From: an uncultured Staphylococcaceae bacterium
GTDB lineage: Bacteria > Bacillota_I > Bacilli_A > RFN20 > CAG-826
DNA length: 38,408 nt
Direction: 5' to 3'
Assembly: GCA_964552695.1 (NCBI GenBank)
Contig: CAZKHP010000001.1
Span: forward strand, 1,897 to 40,304
Under the pieces are notes generated by a model, which searched no databases, was not told where the DNA came from, and saw only the letters and a program-made list of their open reading frames with translations. Both the position numbers and the translations under genes were made by a program. This document shows positions 7,699 to 15,722 of this stretch, one piece after another (within the stretch, counting starts at the first letter, position 1; every line of letters starts with the position of its first letter).

Positions 7699-8817
7699 TT
7701 AAACAAGCGCTTGATTGTAAGCGATGATGGCAAGGTTCGCCGTGGAGTTGAAATGGCCGCGGTTACTGATGGCATAGTCGACCATCAAAATCGGCATGGC
7801 AGAGAACCAATCCGCAAAATCCGCTTGGCGTACGAGCCGGGAATTGAAATAACTGGCCATATCGACCAAAGACCAACCGATGATCGTATCGATGAGGTCC
7901 GGCCCACTGATGACGCCGGTTTTTTGGGCTTGATTGACACGGAACACATTATCGTAGTCATCGGTCGAAAGAATGTTCTCGTATTCTTTCCGAATGCCGT
8001 TCAGCATTTTTCTTCCGTTGCTGGTGTTGTGCCACAGCGAGCGGATGGATATGACGGTTGACCCTTCGGTATCGCCATCTCCCCGGACATAGTGTTTTTG
8101 AAGGGTGGGGGAATGTTCGGTTTTAGCCAAAAGGACGACGCCGCTTTCCGTTCCGTTAACGGTGACATCGTTGTAACGCAAATCGCCTAGAGCAATCGAG
8201 GTAGGATCGTAATGGATGAAATCAAGAAGGCTTTTGCTATTGACTTCAAAAGTATCCAAATAGGTGAACAAATCGTCGAATGTGGCTTCACCCAAGTAAA
8301 CGTGCTGAATATCAAAAACAATGAATTCGCCGGGGTTTTCAGCCAAAAAATCAATCACATCTTCCAAATAATAAGACAGTTCATCCGAAACCAACGCGTG
8401 TTTGGTAAACCAAGTATCTTCGATGTATGAAAGACGGACATCCAAATAGCGGACGCCGTTCTCCAGCATATCGGTCGCATCGCCCCGTTGGGATTTTGAT
8501 AAACGGGCAAAAAGGCCATCCGCAAAAAAGCCGACGGTCTTATTTCGTAAAATACTGTCTTCGGCTTCCCCTGGATCAATGGGAGAATTTTTGCTAATAC
8601 GGCTCGAGAAGGCATCATGAGCCCCCAGCATTGCGATATCGACGACACGCGGATTCTTGCCTTCCACGCCTGAAGCAATGACATCCGAATAATCGTTTCC
8701 ATCTTCGGTATAACCGGAAAAGGAAAATCCCGCTTTGCCAAAGACCAAGACAAACAAAATGGCGCTCAGAAGGACGAACGACGCAATGATGGAAATACGT
8801 TTAAATATTTTCTTCAT
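7699..8817 (-). CDS. membrane-anchored PI-PLC X-domain-like phosphodiesterase
   Basis: N-terminal TM anchor (IIASFVLLSAILFVLVF). Then MLGAHDAFS and RYLDVRLSY, which resemble the catalytic His and barrel motifs of PI-PLC X domains. The ATG at 8817 is preferred over the GTG at 8826. Confidence 0.5.
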   Translation of the reverse strand: MKKIFKRISIIASFVLLSAILFVLVFGKAGFSFSGYTEDGNDYSDVIASGVEGKNPRVVDIAMLGAHDAFSSRISKNSPIDPGEAEDSILRNKTVGFFADGLFARLSKSQRGDATDMLENGVRYLDVRLSYIEDTWFTKHALVSDELSYYLEDVIDFLAENPGEFIVFDIQHVYLGEATFDDLFTYLDTFEVNSKSLLDFIHYDPTSIALGDLRYNDVTVNGTESGVVLLAKTEHSPTLQKHYVRGDGDTEGSTVISIRSLWHNTSNGRKMLNGIRKEYENILSTDDYDNVFRVNQAQKTGVISGPDLIDTIIGWSLVDMASYFNSRLVRQADFADWFSAMPILMVDYAISNRGHFNSTANLAIIAYNQALV

Positions 8818-8977
8818 GGGACCCACTTTCCCGATTTGCTGAATGAATTCATATCGAATCTCATGTACGCAAAAAGATTTCTCTCTGTTTTTATTTTATT
8901 ACTAAAAAGCCGAGATGATAAAAAAACTTGTTTTTTTTCACAAAAAAACGAAGAGGGTCACTCTTCGTTTCGTTGTT

Positions 8978-9493
8978 TTAGTCGAGCGAGGGAACGCTTT
9001 TGTGATATTCGCGTTTGCCGACGCCGTGATCGAGTTCCATCAAACTCGTGGGGTTTTTGCCATAGAGGCCAAACGCCAGAATGAGGTCATTGGCGTTCTT
9101 TTCTTCCTCGCCTTGTTCGCGGATAAACCATTGCAGGAACTCTTGGGTCAAATAATCTTTTTCCTTGATGGCTTCACCCAAAATGTTTCCGATGGAGGCG
9201 GTGATGAACTGCTCGTGACGGAGCTGTTCTTTGAGCATTTCTTCGACGTCTTTGTAGTTCCGTTCCGGTTTAGCAATGGTGTCATAGACGACCGGAGCTC
9301 CGACGTGTTGAAGATACTCGGCAAAGTAAAGAGCGTGGTCTTTTTCTTCTTGAGCTTGGACTTTGAACCATTTGGCGAAGCCAATGAGGCCGTGCTCCGT
9401 GGCATAAGAGGCCATATCAAGATACATATACGCAGAGTAGAATTCACGGTTGACTTGTAAATTAATCAGATCGACGAGTGATTTTTTTAACAT
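8978..9493 (-). CDS. ftnA: non-heme ferritin
   Basis: LINLQVNREFYSAYMYLDMASY...QAQEEKDHALYFAEYL contains the ferroxidase-centre Glu and His pattern of bacterial ferritins. 171 aa. Confidence 0.9.
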   Translation of the reverse strand: MLKKSLVDLINLQVNREFYSAYMYLDMASYATEHGLIGFAKWFKVQAQEEKDHALYFAEYLQHVGAPVVYDTIAKPERNYKDVEEMLKEQLRHEQFITASIGNILGEAIKEKDYLTQEFLQWFIREQGEEEKNANDLILAFGLYGKNPTSLMELDHGVGKREYHKSVPSLD

Positions 9494-9583
9494 AATTTTG
9501 TTTTCCTTTCATTGAAGTTCTATCAATACTTCCAACACTATTTTACTATAGCGAAAGGAAAACTTCCCGAGATATGCTCAGGA

Positions 9584-10405
9584 TCAAGCAAAGACCGGAA
9601 CAACGACGCCACCAAAGGTGTCGAGGATAAAATTGCGAACCGTTTCGGTGGTTAGGGCTTCTTTCAGAACAGTAATCGCCTCGGCGTTTTCATTGCCTGC
9701 TTTGACCGCAATAATGTTGGCGTAAGTGAGGGCGGCAGCCGATTCGGTGGACTCTTGCGCGAGGATTGAATCCGTAACTTGGGCACTGAGTGCATAGTTG
9801 CCGTTAATCACGCCAAATGCCACATCGCCGAGGGCCGCGGGAACCGCTTCGGCATTGGTTTGATAAATGTCCAATTGATAAAGAGAGTTGTCGAAGTCAG
9901 CCAATGTAACCGCAATGCCTTTAGCGGCAGTTCCTTCTTTGGGGATCAACAAACCTTCTTGAGCTAATAGAAGAAGCGCACGCCCACCATTGGTGTTGTC
10001 ATTGGGGATAGCGATGCGGTCTCCAGAAGCGACTTGGGCCAAACTGGTTTTTTGTCCTGCATAGATACCTAACGGCTCGAAGTGAACGGCCAACGCGCTG
10101 ACCAGATCCGTGTCGTTATTGACATTGAAGTCTTCGAGATAAGGCAAATGTTGGAAATAATTGGCATCCAATTCGCCATCCTGAAGCGACAAATTTGGGA
10201 GAACATAGTCTGTGAATTCAACGATTTTCAGGGAATAACCTGCTGCCTCGATGGCGGGGCGCGCGGCTTCCAAAATCAGTGCATGCGGGGTGGGTGAAGC
10301 TCCAACCACGATGGTTTTGTCGGTAATTGTGTTTTTGCTTCCGCAGGAAGCGAGAAGTAAGGCGATGAGGCTGGTCGAAGCAACGAATTTGAAACTGTTT
10401 TTCAT
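9584..10405 (-). CDS. metQ: methionine ABC transporter substrate-binding lipoprotein (NlpA/MetQ family)
   Basis: Lipobox LLASC. NlpA-family sequence (VGASPTPHA...NYFQHLPYL). Last gene of a metN-metI-metQ operon. Confidence 0.85.
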   Translation of the reverse strand: MKNSFKFVASTSLIALLLASCGSKNTITDKTIVVGASPTPHALILEAARPAIEAAGYSLKIVEFTDYVLPNLSLQDGELDANYFQHLPYLEDFNVNNDTDLVSALAVHFEPLGIYAGQKTSLAQVASGDRIAIPNDNTNGGRALLLLAQEGLLIPKEGTAAKGIAVTLADFDNSLYQLDIYQTNAEAVPAALGDVAFGVINGNYALSAQVTDSILAQESTESAAALTYANIIAVKAGNENAEAITVLKEALTTETVRNFILDTFGGVVVPVFA

Positions 10406-10424
10406 AGGTTTTTACCTTCCTTTT

Positions 10425-11075
10425 TTATTTTTTGTGATTGATTTTTTTAGCAACGAAATTGAATGACGTTTGAAGCAGAATGACGATCACGACGATGACT
10501 AAGACGGTATAGATGACTAAGGTTGTGTCATAGCGGTAGTAGCCTTCCGTAATGGCGTAATTGCCAAGGCCCCCTCCGCCAAGCGCTCCCGCCATCGCTG
10601 AATAACCGATGATGTTGATAGCCGTCAGAGCGATGCCGCGGACCAGGGAGGGCAACGCTTCGTTTAAATAGACATGAAGGATGATTTGCCACGGTTTCGC
10701 TCCCATCGCTAACGCCGCTTCAATCGTGCCTTTATCCACTTCTTTTAACGATTGTTCGGTGACCCTGGCAACGAAGGGGATCGCACATAATGTGAGAGGA
10801 ACAATGGCAGCGGTGGTTCCGATGGCCGTTCCCATGACCCAGCGTGTCACCGGGACAATGAGAATCATCAAGATGATGAAGGGGACCGAACGGGCCATAT
10901 CGACGATCCATCCAAGAATGGTGTGGACCGTTTTTCTTGGGAATAGGCCATCGCTTTGCGTCAAGATGAGGAGAACTCCAAGAGGAAGTCCGATTAAGTA
11001 TGAAATGACCAGGGATACCAACGACATATAAAGCGTTTCGCCGGTAGCAAGAAAGATATCACGAAGGATTTCCAA
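10425..11075 (-). CDS. metI: methionine ABC transporter permease
   Basis: 216 aa, five TM segments, with the EAA-type loop EAALAMGAKPWQII. Overlaps the metN stop. Confidence 0.85.
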   Translation of the reverse strand: MEILRDIFLATGETLYMSLVSLVISYLIGLPLGVLLILTQSDGLFPRKTVHTILGWIVDMARSVPFIILMILIVPVTRWVMGTAIGTTAAIVPLTLCAIPFVARVTEQSLKEVDKGTIEAALAMGAKPWQIILHVYLNEALPSLVRGIALTAINIIGYSAMAGALGGGGLGNYAITEGYYRYDTTLVIYTVLVIVVIVILLQTSFNFVAKKINHKK

Positions 11076-11820
11076 AGTCGGTCACCTCCTTGGCCCCTAA
11101 CAAAAGTTTTGTCATAGGGCTTTGCGGACGAGTGAAGACCTCTCCGACGGAACCGATTTCAACGATATTGCCTTCATCGAGCACGGCCACACGTTGGCAG
11201 ATGCTTTTCACGACCCCGATTTCGTGGGTAATGATGATGATGGTGACTTTCCGCTGTTCGTTGATTTCTTTTAAGAGCGATAAAATCGACCTTGTCGTCA
11301 CTGAATCGAGGGCACTCGTCGGTTCATCTAAGAGGAGTGACGAGGGATCACTAGCCAATGCTCGGGCGATGGCTACGCGTTGCTTTTGCCCGCCGCTGAG
11401 AGTCGCAGGATACGCCTTGCCCTTATCCGATAATCCAACCAGTTTCAACAGTTCCTCGACGCGTCGCATTCGCTCATGCTTTTCAATCCCGCGTAGTTGA
11501 AGCGGGAAGGCGATATTCGCTTCGACGGTCTTTTGCATCAATAAATCAAAGTTTTGAAAAACGATGCCCAATTGACGTTTGACTTCGTCGCCCCCGTGTT
11601 TTCCTTCTCCGGCAATACGGATGCCGTTGACATCGACGTAGCCGGAAGTAGGAATCTCGAGTTGAGCAAGAATTCTTAAGAGCGTGGTCTTTCCAGCGCC
11701 ACTTTTGCCGATGAGACCGAATATTTCACCCGAGCGGACTTCAAAACTGACGCCTTTTAAAGCGGCGTTGTTTTCGGTTTGTTGGGCATAGGTTTTCGAT
11801 AAATTTGAAAGAACGATCAT
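11059..11820 (-). CDS. metN: methionine ABC transporter ATP-binding protein, short form without a C-terminal NIL domain
   Basis: Walker A GKSGAGKTT, signature LSGGQKQR, Walker [12 protein letters not shown]. The true start is ATG at 11818-11820 (MIVLSNLSKTY) with AGAGG upstream. The track extension to 11934 runs through the T-box terminator. Confidence 0.85.
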   Translation of the reverse strand: MIVLSNLSKTYAQQTENNAALKGVSFEVRSGEIFGLIGKSGAGKTTLLRILAQLEIPTSGYVDVNGIRIAGEGKHGGDEVKRQLGIVFQNFDLLMQKTVEANIAFPLQLRGIEKHERMRRVEELLKLVGLSDKGKAYPATLSGGQKQRVAIARALASDPSSLLLDEPTSALDSVTTRSILSLLKEINEQRKVTIIIITHEIGVVKSICQRVAVLDEGNIVEIGSVGEVFTRPQSPMTKLLLGAKEVTDFGNPS

Positions 11821-11839
11821 AGAGGTACCTCTTCTCGGG

Positions 11840-12102
11840 AAATAAAAAGCTCCCGCCACAAGGACGAGAGCATATGCTTCGTGGTACCACCCAGTTTCGC
11901 CTCTATTTTGCAATAAAAGCCTCTTCGGGTTCAAACAAACCCTAGGGCTTTAACGGGCCCACCCGACGCTGCCTACTGCTGTTTCGGAAGCGCGACTCAG
12001 AGACCATGTTCATCGATTGAATTCGTGCCTACTTTCACCATCTTAGGCTCGCTGTGAGGAACGCAACCAACTACTCTTTCTCTTCCGCATCTTTGGATAT
12101 AT
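11840..12102 (-). promoter_or_regulatory. T-box riboswitch leader, probable Met specifier, controlling metNIQ
   Basis: On the minus strand: AGAGAAAGAGUA, then AGCGAG, then a GGUGAAAG distal loop. This is followed by the T-box sequence AAACUGGGUGGUACCACG (complement of 11880-11897). A terminator hairpin GCUCUCGUCC-UUGU-GGCGGGAGC followed by UUUUUAUUU lies at 11840-11871. AUG-G (complement of 12004-12007) sits directly 5' of UCUCU, which can pair with the upstream AGAGA. Confidence 0.8.
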
Positions 12103-12108
12103 GCATCA

Positions 12109-12137
12109 AGTATAGGTAATGCCTTTTCGCTTGTCAA
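12109..12137 (-). promoter_or_regulatory. sigma-A-type promoter for the met T-box leader
   Basis: Minus strand: TTGACA (complement of 12132-12137), 17 nt spacer, TATACT (complement of 12109-12114). Confidence 0.55.
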
Positions 12138-12223
12138 TCGCTTTTTTAAAAATCCCATAACCTCAAAAAAATCCGCTTGTATTAAGGCTTTCGAGTATAC
12201 TAAATATCAAAGAGGATTCATTT

Positions 12224-12670
12224 ATGGAATTGAAAATCGGTCGTTTTGAGGCCCATACGTTAGCTTTTGCTTTCTTTACCGGAGAAGGCGTTCCCGCGAG
12301 TGCCGCCGAAGGCGTTCGTAAATATGCCGAACTCAATCATCTCATTTCCGATCAAGTCAAAACCTATTTTGCCACGATTGTCGTCACTCAGCATGGTGTC
12401 CGGAATGTCACCTACATCCAATATCTCGATATCAAACCCGACAGTGTGCTTCCGCCCGGATTCCGCAAAGTTGTCTTACCGGAAGGTCCGTGCATCCAAG
12501 CTACGCTCACACCCCAAGAATTCAAAGAAATGGAAGATGGCACAAAGAAAGAAATCGTGGAAGCTTTCTTAAAAGCCAACAATCTCCGTTTGGATATTAA
12601 GAACGTCTTGTACCTTGCCGAGCGAAAAGAAAACGGCAGCATCTTTATCCGCATGCCGGTCAAATCATAA
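12224..12670 (+). CDS. hypothetical protein, possibly a GyrI-like small-molecule-binding domain
   Basis: 148 aa with AAGAGG RBS. The segment LPPGFRKVVLPEGPCIQATL weakly resembles the effector-binding fold of GyrI/SbmC-like proteins. The functional call is weak. Confidence 0.45.
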   Translation: MELKIGRFEAHTLAFAFFTGEGVPASAAEGVRKYAELNHLISDQVKTYFATIVVTQHGVRNVTYIQYLDIKPDSVLPPGFRKVVLPEGPCIQATLTPQEFKEMEDGTKKEIVEAFLKANNLRLDIKNVLYLAERKENGSIFIRMPVKS

Positions 12671-12671
12671 G

Positions 12672-12704
12672 AAAAAAGCCGAGGGCTACTGCCTTCGGCT
12701 TTTC
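12672..12704. terminator. bidirectional intrinsic terminator
   Basis: AGCCGAGGG-CTACTG-CCTTCGGCT forms 9 bp including one G-U pair. It is flanked by an A-run and a T-run. It lies between the convergent genes 12224-12670 (+) and 12686-13180 (-) and overlaps the last codons of the minus-strand gene. Confidence 0.65.
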
Positions 12705-13180
12705 ATGAGCGGAATATCCCGAACAACAAACCATAGATACGGAAGACAAGCGATTCCAACGACGCCATATCCAAAAAAGGTGATGAAGTTAAACCAGTAG
12801 GGAACCGTCAGGCCTCCCCAGCAAATGCTGTCAGGGGGGCAATAAGGCCAATTCACCACAAGGGGACCTAGATAAGTAAAATACACATACGCCAAGGATA
12901 AAGCCAAAAGGACACCAGCGAGACTCAACCAAAGTTTGTTTTTTTGAGGCGTCAGTGTGCCTTTTTCTTTTTGTTTCATACGGACAAAGAGGGGAATCGC
13001 GGGAATCGCCAACACAGTCAGTCCAATGACGATAAAGAAGAGCACCGCGGAAATGACCACGCCTGCGAAAAGATCGATTTGAAGGCTGATGCCCGCCAAT
13101 GAAATCAAAAGTGGGGCCAAAAGAACGCCCAATGTGATCAATGGAATCAGCCAAGCCAAACGTTTTTCTTTTGGATTCAT
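12686..13180 (-). CDS. hypothetical 4-TM membrane protein, paralog B of a tandem pair
   Basis: 164 aa. Shares IPLFVR(M/S).., a basic loop and CPPDSICWGG with the upstream gene. ACGGAGG RBS. Its ATG overlaps the upstream stop by 4 nt. Confidence 0.6.
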   Translation of the reverse strand: MNPKEKRLAWLIPLITLGVLLAPLLISLAGISLQIDLFAGVVISAVLFFIVIGLTVLAIPAIPLFVRMKQKEKGTLTPQKNKLWLSLAGVLLALSLAYVYFTYLGPLVVNWPYCPPDSICWGGLTVPYWFNFITFFGYGVVGIACLPYLWFVVRDIPLMKSRRQ

Positions 13181-13704
13181 GATTCAACCTCCGTTTGAGG
13201 ATGCACATGTTTCGACCGTTTGAACGATATTACCGTATCCACGATCCACAAAATGAAAAACGGCAAGGAAAGGCAGCTCAAAACGGTGTACGAAATCATC
13301 AAGGCATCATAAAGGGTTCGATTCATTGGAATTCCCGCCCAACAAATATTTGGACTTGGACAGGTGCCACAACAAGAAGCCGGGAAGTCAGCCAACAGGG
13401 GAAGCAAGCCGGTAAGGAATGCGTAACTTCCAAGAATCACGAACAAAGTAATACCGGAAATGACCAAGGCTCTGTTCAATGTTTGGGTCAGTCGCCCTTT
13501 TTGTTTCAGTCTTGACCGAACAAACAGGGGAATCGAAGCCATCGAAAAGGATCCGATTGCAAAAAGAAGGTAAAGAAGCGCCCCAGAAATAATCAAAATA
13601 TCGGATGACACATCAAATTGGGCACCTAGCCACGGGGGAAGAAAGAACACAAAGGCATAACCTAATACGAAGAAAAGGACGAAATACCATTCTTTTTTGG
13701 TCAT
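13177..13704 (-). CDS. hypothetical 4-TM membrane protein, paralog A of a tandem pair
   Basis: 175 aa with IPLFVRSRLKQKGRLTQ and CCGTCPSPNICWAG. GAGGAA RBS. Confidence 0.6.
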   Translation of the reverse strand: MTKKEWYFVLFFVLGYAFVFFLPPWLGAQFDVSSDILIISGALLYLLFAIGSFSMASIPLFVRSRLKQKGRLTQTLNRALVISGITLFVILGSYAFLTGLLPLLADFPASCCGTCPSPNICWAGIPMNRTLYDALMISYTVLSCLSLPFFILWIVDTVISFKRSKHVHPQTEVES

Positions 13705-13819
13705 AATTTCCTCGTTTCAATAGTCGACTTTCTTATCTTTAATTTTAGTCGGTTTCCTCGTAAAAGCAACGGACATTTCCGATGGGGCCAAAAGAAAACG
13801 AAAGTCAATGAAATTCTTT

Positions 13820-13848
13820 TTGCTTTACTACGTAAAATGGAATAAAAT
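13820..13848 (+). promoter_or_regulatory. putative promoter of the CBS-pair gene
   Basis: TTGCTT (13820-13825), 17 nt spacer, TAAAAT (13843-13848), about 50 nt upstream of the ATG. Confidence 0.4.
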
Positions 13849-13901
13849 ACAAATGGAAGCCCTTACATGAGGCCTCTACACTGACACTCAAGGAGTCAAA
13901 A

Positions 13902-14309
13902 ATGAATATTCTTTTCTTCTTGAAGCCCAAGACTGAAGTTGTATTCCTCAAAGAAGACGATACCGTACGAAACGCCTTAGAAAAGATGGAGCATTACCGA
14001 CACGCCGCAATCCCGATTTTAAAGAACGATGGAGGGTATTTGGGAACCCTCAGCGAAGGCGACTTGTTATGGTTTCTGAAAAGCAATCACAACATGAACC
14101 TCTTGGAGACCGAGGACATTCCGCTGGTCAAAGTCCCACGTTATTTCAATGACAAAGCCGTTCGTGTCGGCACTAACGTCGAAGAACTCTTTCTGTTATC
14201 CGCCCAGCAAAACTATGTTCCGGTGGTGGACGATCGTGGGATGTTTATCGGGATTGTCACCCGTAAAGACATCATCAATTACATGGTCAAAAACCAAAAG
14301 CCACATTAA
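13902..14309 (+). CDS. stand-alone CBS-pair domain protein
   Basis: 135 aa with two CBS-like units (HAAIPILKNDGGYLGTLSEGDLL and YVPVVDDRGMFIGIVTRKDII). AAGGAG RBS. Confidence 0.8.
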   Translation: MNILFFLKPKTEVVFLKEDDTVRNALEKMEHYRHAAIPILKNDGGYLGTLSEGDLLWFLKSNHNMNLLETEDIPLVKVPRYFNDKAVRVGTNVEELFLLSAQQNYVPVVDDRGMFIGIVTRKDIINYMVKNQKPH

Positions 14310-14339
14310 AAGCGCCCCGCAAGGCGCTTTTATTTTTTC
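14308..14339. terminator. bidirectional intrinsic terminator
   Basis: AAGCGCC-CCGCAA-GGCGCTT followed by TTATTTTTT, with an A-run on the other side. Lies between convergent genes. Confidence 0.75.
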
Positions 14340-14969
14340 TTAAGCTTTTTTCTCTTTCTTTTTAAACAGGGAAGCGAGCTTCATTTTGACGTTGGTAAAC
14401 CAAGCTTTCCTTTTTTCCTGACGGACTTTCTTTTGTTCTTGGCGGTGGACTTGATCGAGTCCTTTTTTCTCGGCTTTGAAATCCTTTTTGATCACCGCGG
14501 CGATAGCTTTGGCCGGTGCGGTGGTTTGGATGCCGAGCGAATCATCAACGAAAATCGCTAACTTTTTCAGTTTCAAGGAGCCTTTATTGCGAAGCTTGAG
14601 CAGTTCTTCCAGTTCTTTGACCGGCAAATCAAGCCAAATTAGGCCGTGGGCCAAGATGATCGGATTTTCGCTGGGTGCGCATCCGTGGCTGGTCCGATAG
14701 CGTTCGGTGTAAGTGATTCGTTCACCATTATAAATAAGACCGAAATCATTGATACGGACATCATTCAGATTGTTGTTGTAGACCGTCAGCGTGAAGCCAT
14801 CCTCTTTGGTATCCGGATTGACATCAAAACTGGCTTTGACCCGGAACTTACGGTTGGCAAAGTATTTACTAAAAGTAAATAATAGGGCTAAAGCGATAAT
14901 CATCAAAACGATGAGAATCACCGCAGCGGCAAGAATCGCATAAATGAAATATTGAGTATTTTCTGGCAT
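14340..14969 (-). CDS. hypothetical single-pass membrane protein with a Lys-rich C-terminal tail
   Basis: 209 aa. N-terminal TM segment (FIYAILAAAVILIVLMIIALALLF), a beta-rich middle and a highly basic C-terminus (QEQKKVRQEKRKAW...FKKKEKKA). AAGAGGTG RBS. No family recognised. Confidence 0.55.
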   Translation of the reverse strand: MPENTQYFIYAILAAAVILIVLMIIALALLFTFSKYFANRKFRVKASFDVNPDTKEDGFTLTVYNNNLNDVRINDFGLIYNGERITYTERYRTSHGCAPSENPIILAHGLIWLDLPVKELEELLKLRNKGSLKLKKLAIFVDDSLGIQTTAPAKAIAAVIKKDFKAEKKGLDQVHRQEQKKVRQEKRKAWFTNVKMKLASLFKKKEKKA

Positions 14970-15026
14970 AATATCACCTCTTGATTTATTGTAACCGATT
15001 GCCCGAAGAAAAGAAGCAAAAAGGCA

Positions 15027-15056
15027 ATAAAAAAACCCTCGAAGGTTCGAGGGTTT
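15027..15056 (-). terminator. intrinsic terminator after the SHOCT membrane protein gene
   Basis: Minus strand: ACCCUCG-AACCUU-CGAGGGU followed by UUUUUUUAUU. Confidence 0.75.
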
Positions 15057-15062
15057 AAAACG

Positions 15063-15722
15063 TTATTTTAAGAGCGCGTCTTTTTTGGCTTGGTATTCTT
15101 CTTGCGTCAGAATGCCATCGCGATATGCGGTTTCGATGCGCTTGAGGGCGTAACGGTTTTCTTTCGCTACCTGGGCGTGCGGTAACAGTTGCAACAAAAA
15201 CAGGATAACTCCACCTAAGAAGAGCAGTTGATCAGCCCAAGCCCAAAGCGTGAAGCCATCGAGATCAAAGGCAAATTCAACCACGCCGGTCACCAAGATA
15301 AGTCCTAACGTCGCAAACATCAAAATGAAATACGGTTTGCGAGAGGTGACTTTTCCCACCGAAAGAATCAAGTAGGAAACCAACGAGACCACCATCATGC
15401 TGGATGTGGCAAATCCCAAGAACGATAACACGATGTTTTGCGGAAAATAACTGGCCATGATGACCCAATCTTTAAAGCAATAATAGGTAAATAGGACACA
15501 CAAAGGAGCAATTAACCATCCCGGTTTTTGACCGCGCGAGGCCATAATCAAGACGAACGAAACGATAAACGCCATAAGGAATAAAAACGAGGCGGTAACT
15601 TCAAAAAAATCAGACGCCATGAATGAGGTATAAAAGAAAATGGATATCGGGGCGGCAACAAAGGCCAGAATCGACAGTAAGGTAAAGTTTACCTTCAATG
15701 GTTTTTTGGAATTTTCATTCAT
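15063..15722 (-). CDS. polytopic membrane protein with a C-terminal SHOCT domain
   Basis: About 6 TM segments. The C-terminus ALKRIETAYRDGILTQEEYQAKKDALLK matches the SHOCT consensus (L..L...G.IT.EE...KK..LL). Confidence 0.65.
   Translation of the reverse strand: MNENSKKPLKVNFTLLSILAFVAAPISIFFYTSFMASDFFEVTASFLFLMAFIVSFVLIMASRGQKPGWLIAPLCVLFTYYCFKDWVIMASYFPQNIVLSFLGFATSSMMVVSLVSYLILSVGKVTSRKPYFILMFATLGLILVTGVVEFAFDLDGFTLWAWADQLLFLGGVILFLLQLLPHAQVAKENRYALKRIETAYRDGILTQEEYQAKKDALLK

Noticed and set aside
8843-8852. A perfect 10 bp palindrome, ATGAATTCAT, upstream of the PI-PLC-like gene, considered as a regulator binding site.
   Set aside because: It is short and AT-rich, contains a common restriction-site core, and has no second copy in the window. 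That is not enough to call an operator.
8915-9460. A 181 aa plus-strand ORF antisense to the ferritin gene. Similar long antisense or alternative-frame ORFs occur at 10681-11031, 11090-11500, 12831-13208, 17031-17348, 31626-32003 and 33284-33715.
   Set aside because: Each is fully embedded in a CDS with clear family motifs on the other strand or in another frame. They lack RBSs and give compositionally odd translations.
11821-11934. The N-terminal extension of metN in the track. Analogous extensions occur at 17699-17803 (DUF4097 gene), 30964-31038 (crtO-like), 7578-7613 (VTC) and 35441-35455 (mgsA).
   Set aside because: The metN extension runs through the T-box terminator and antiterminator. 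The other extensions run into upstream genes or lack an RBS. In each case an internal ATG has a canonical SD and matches the usual family N-terminus.
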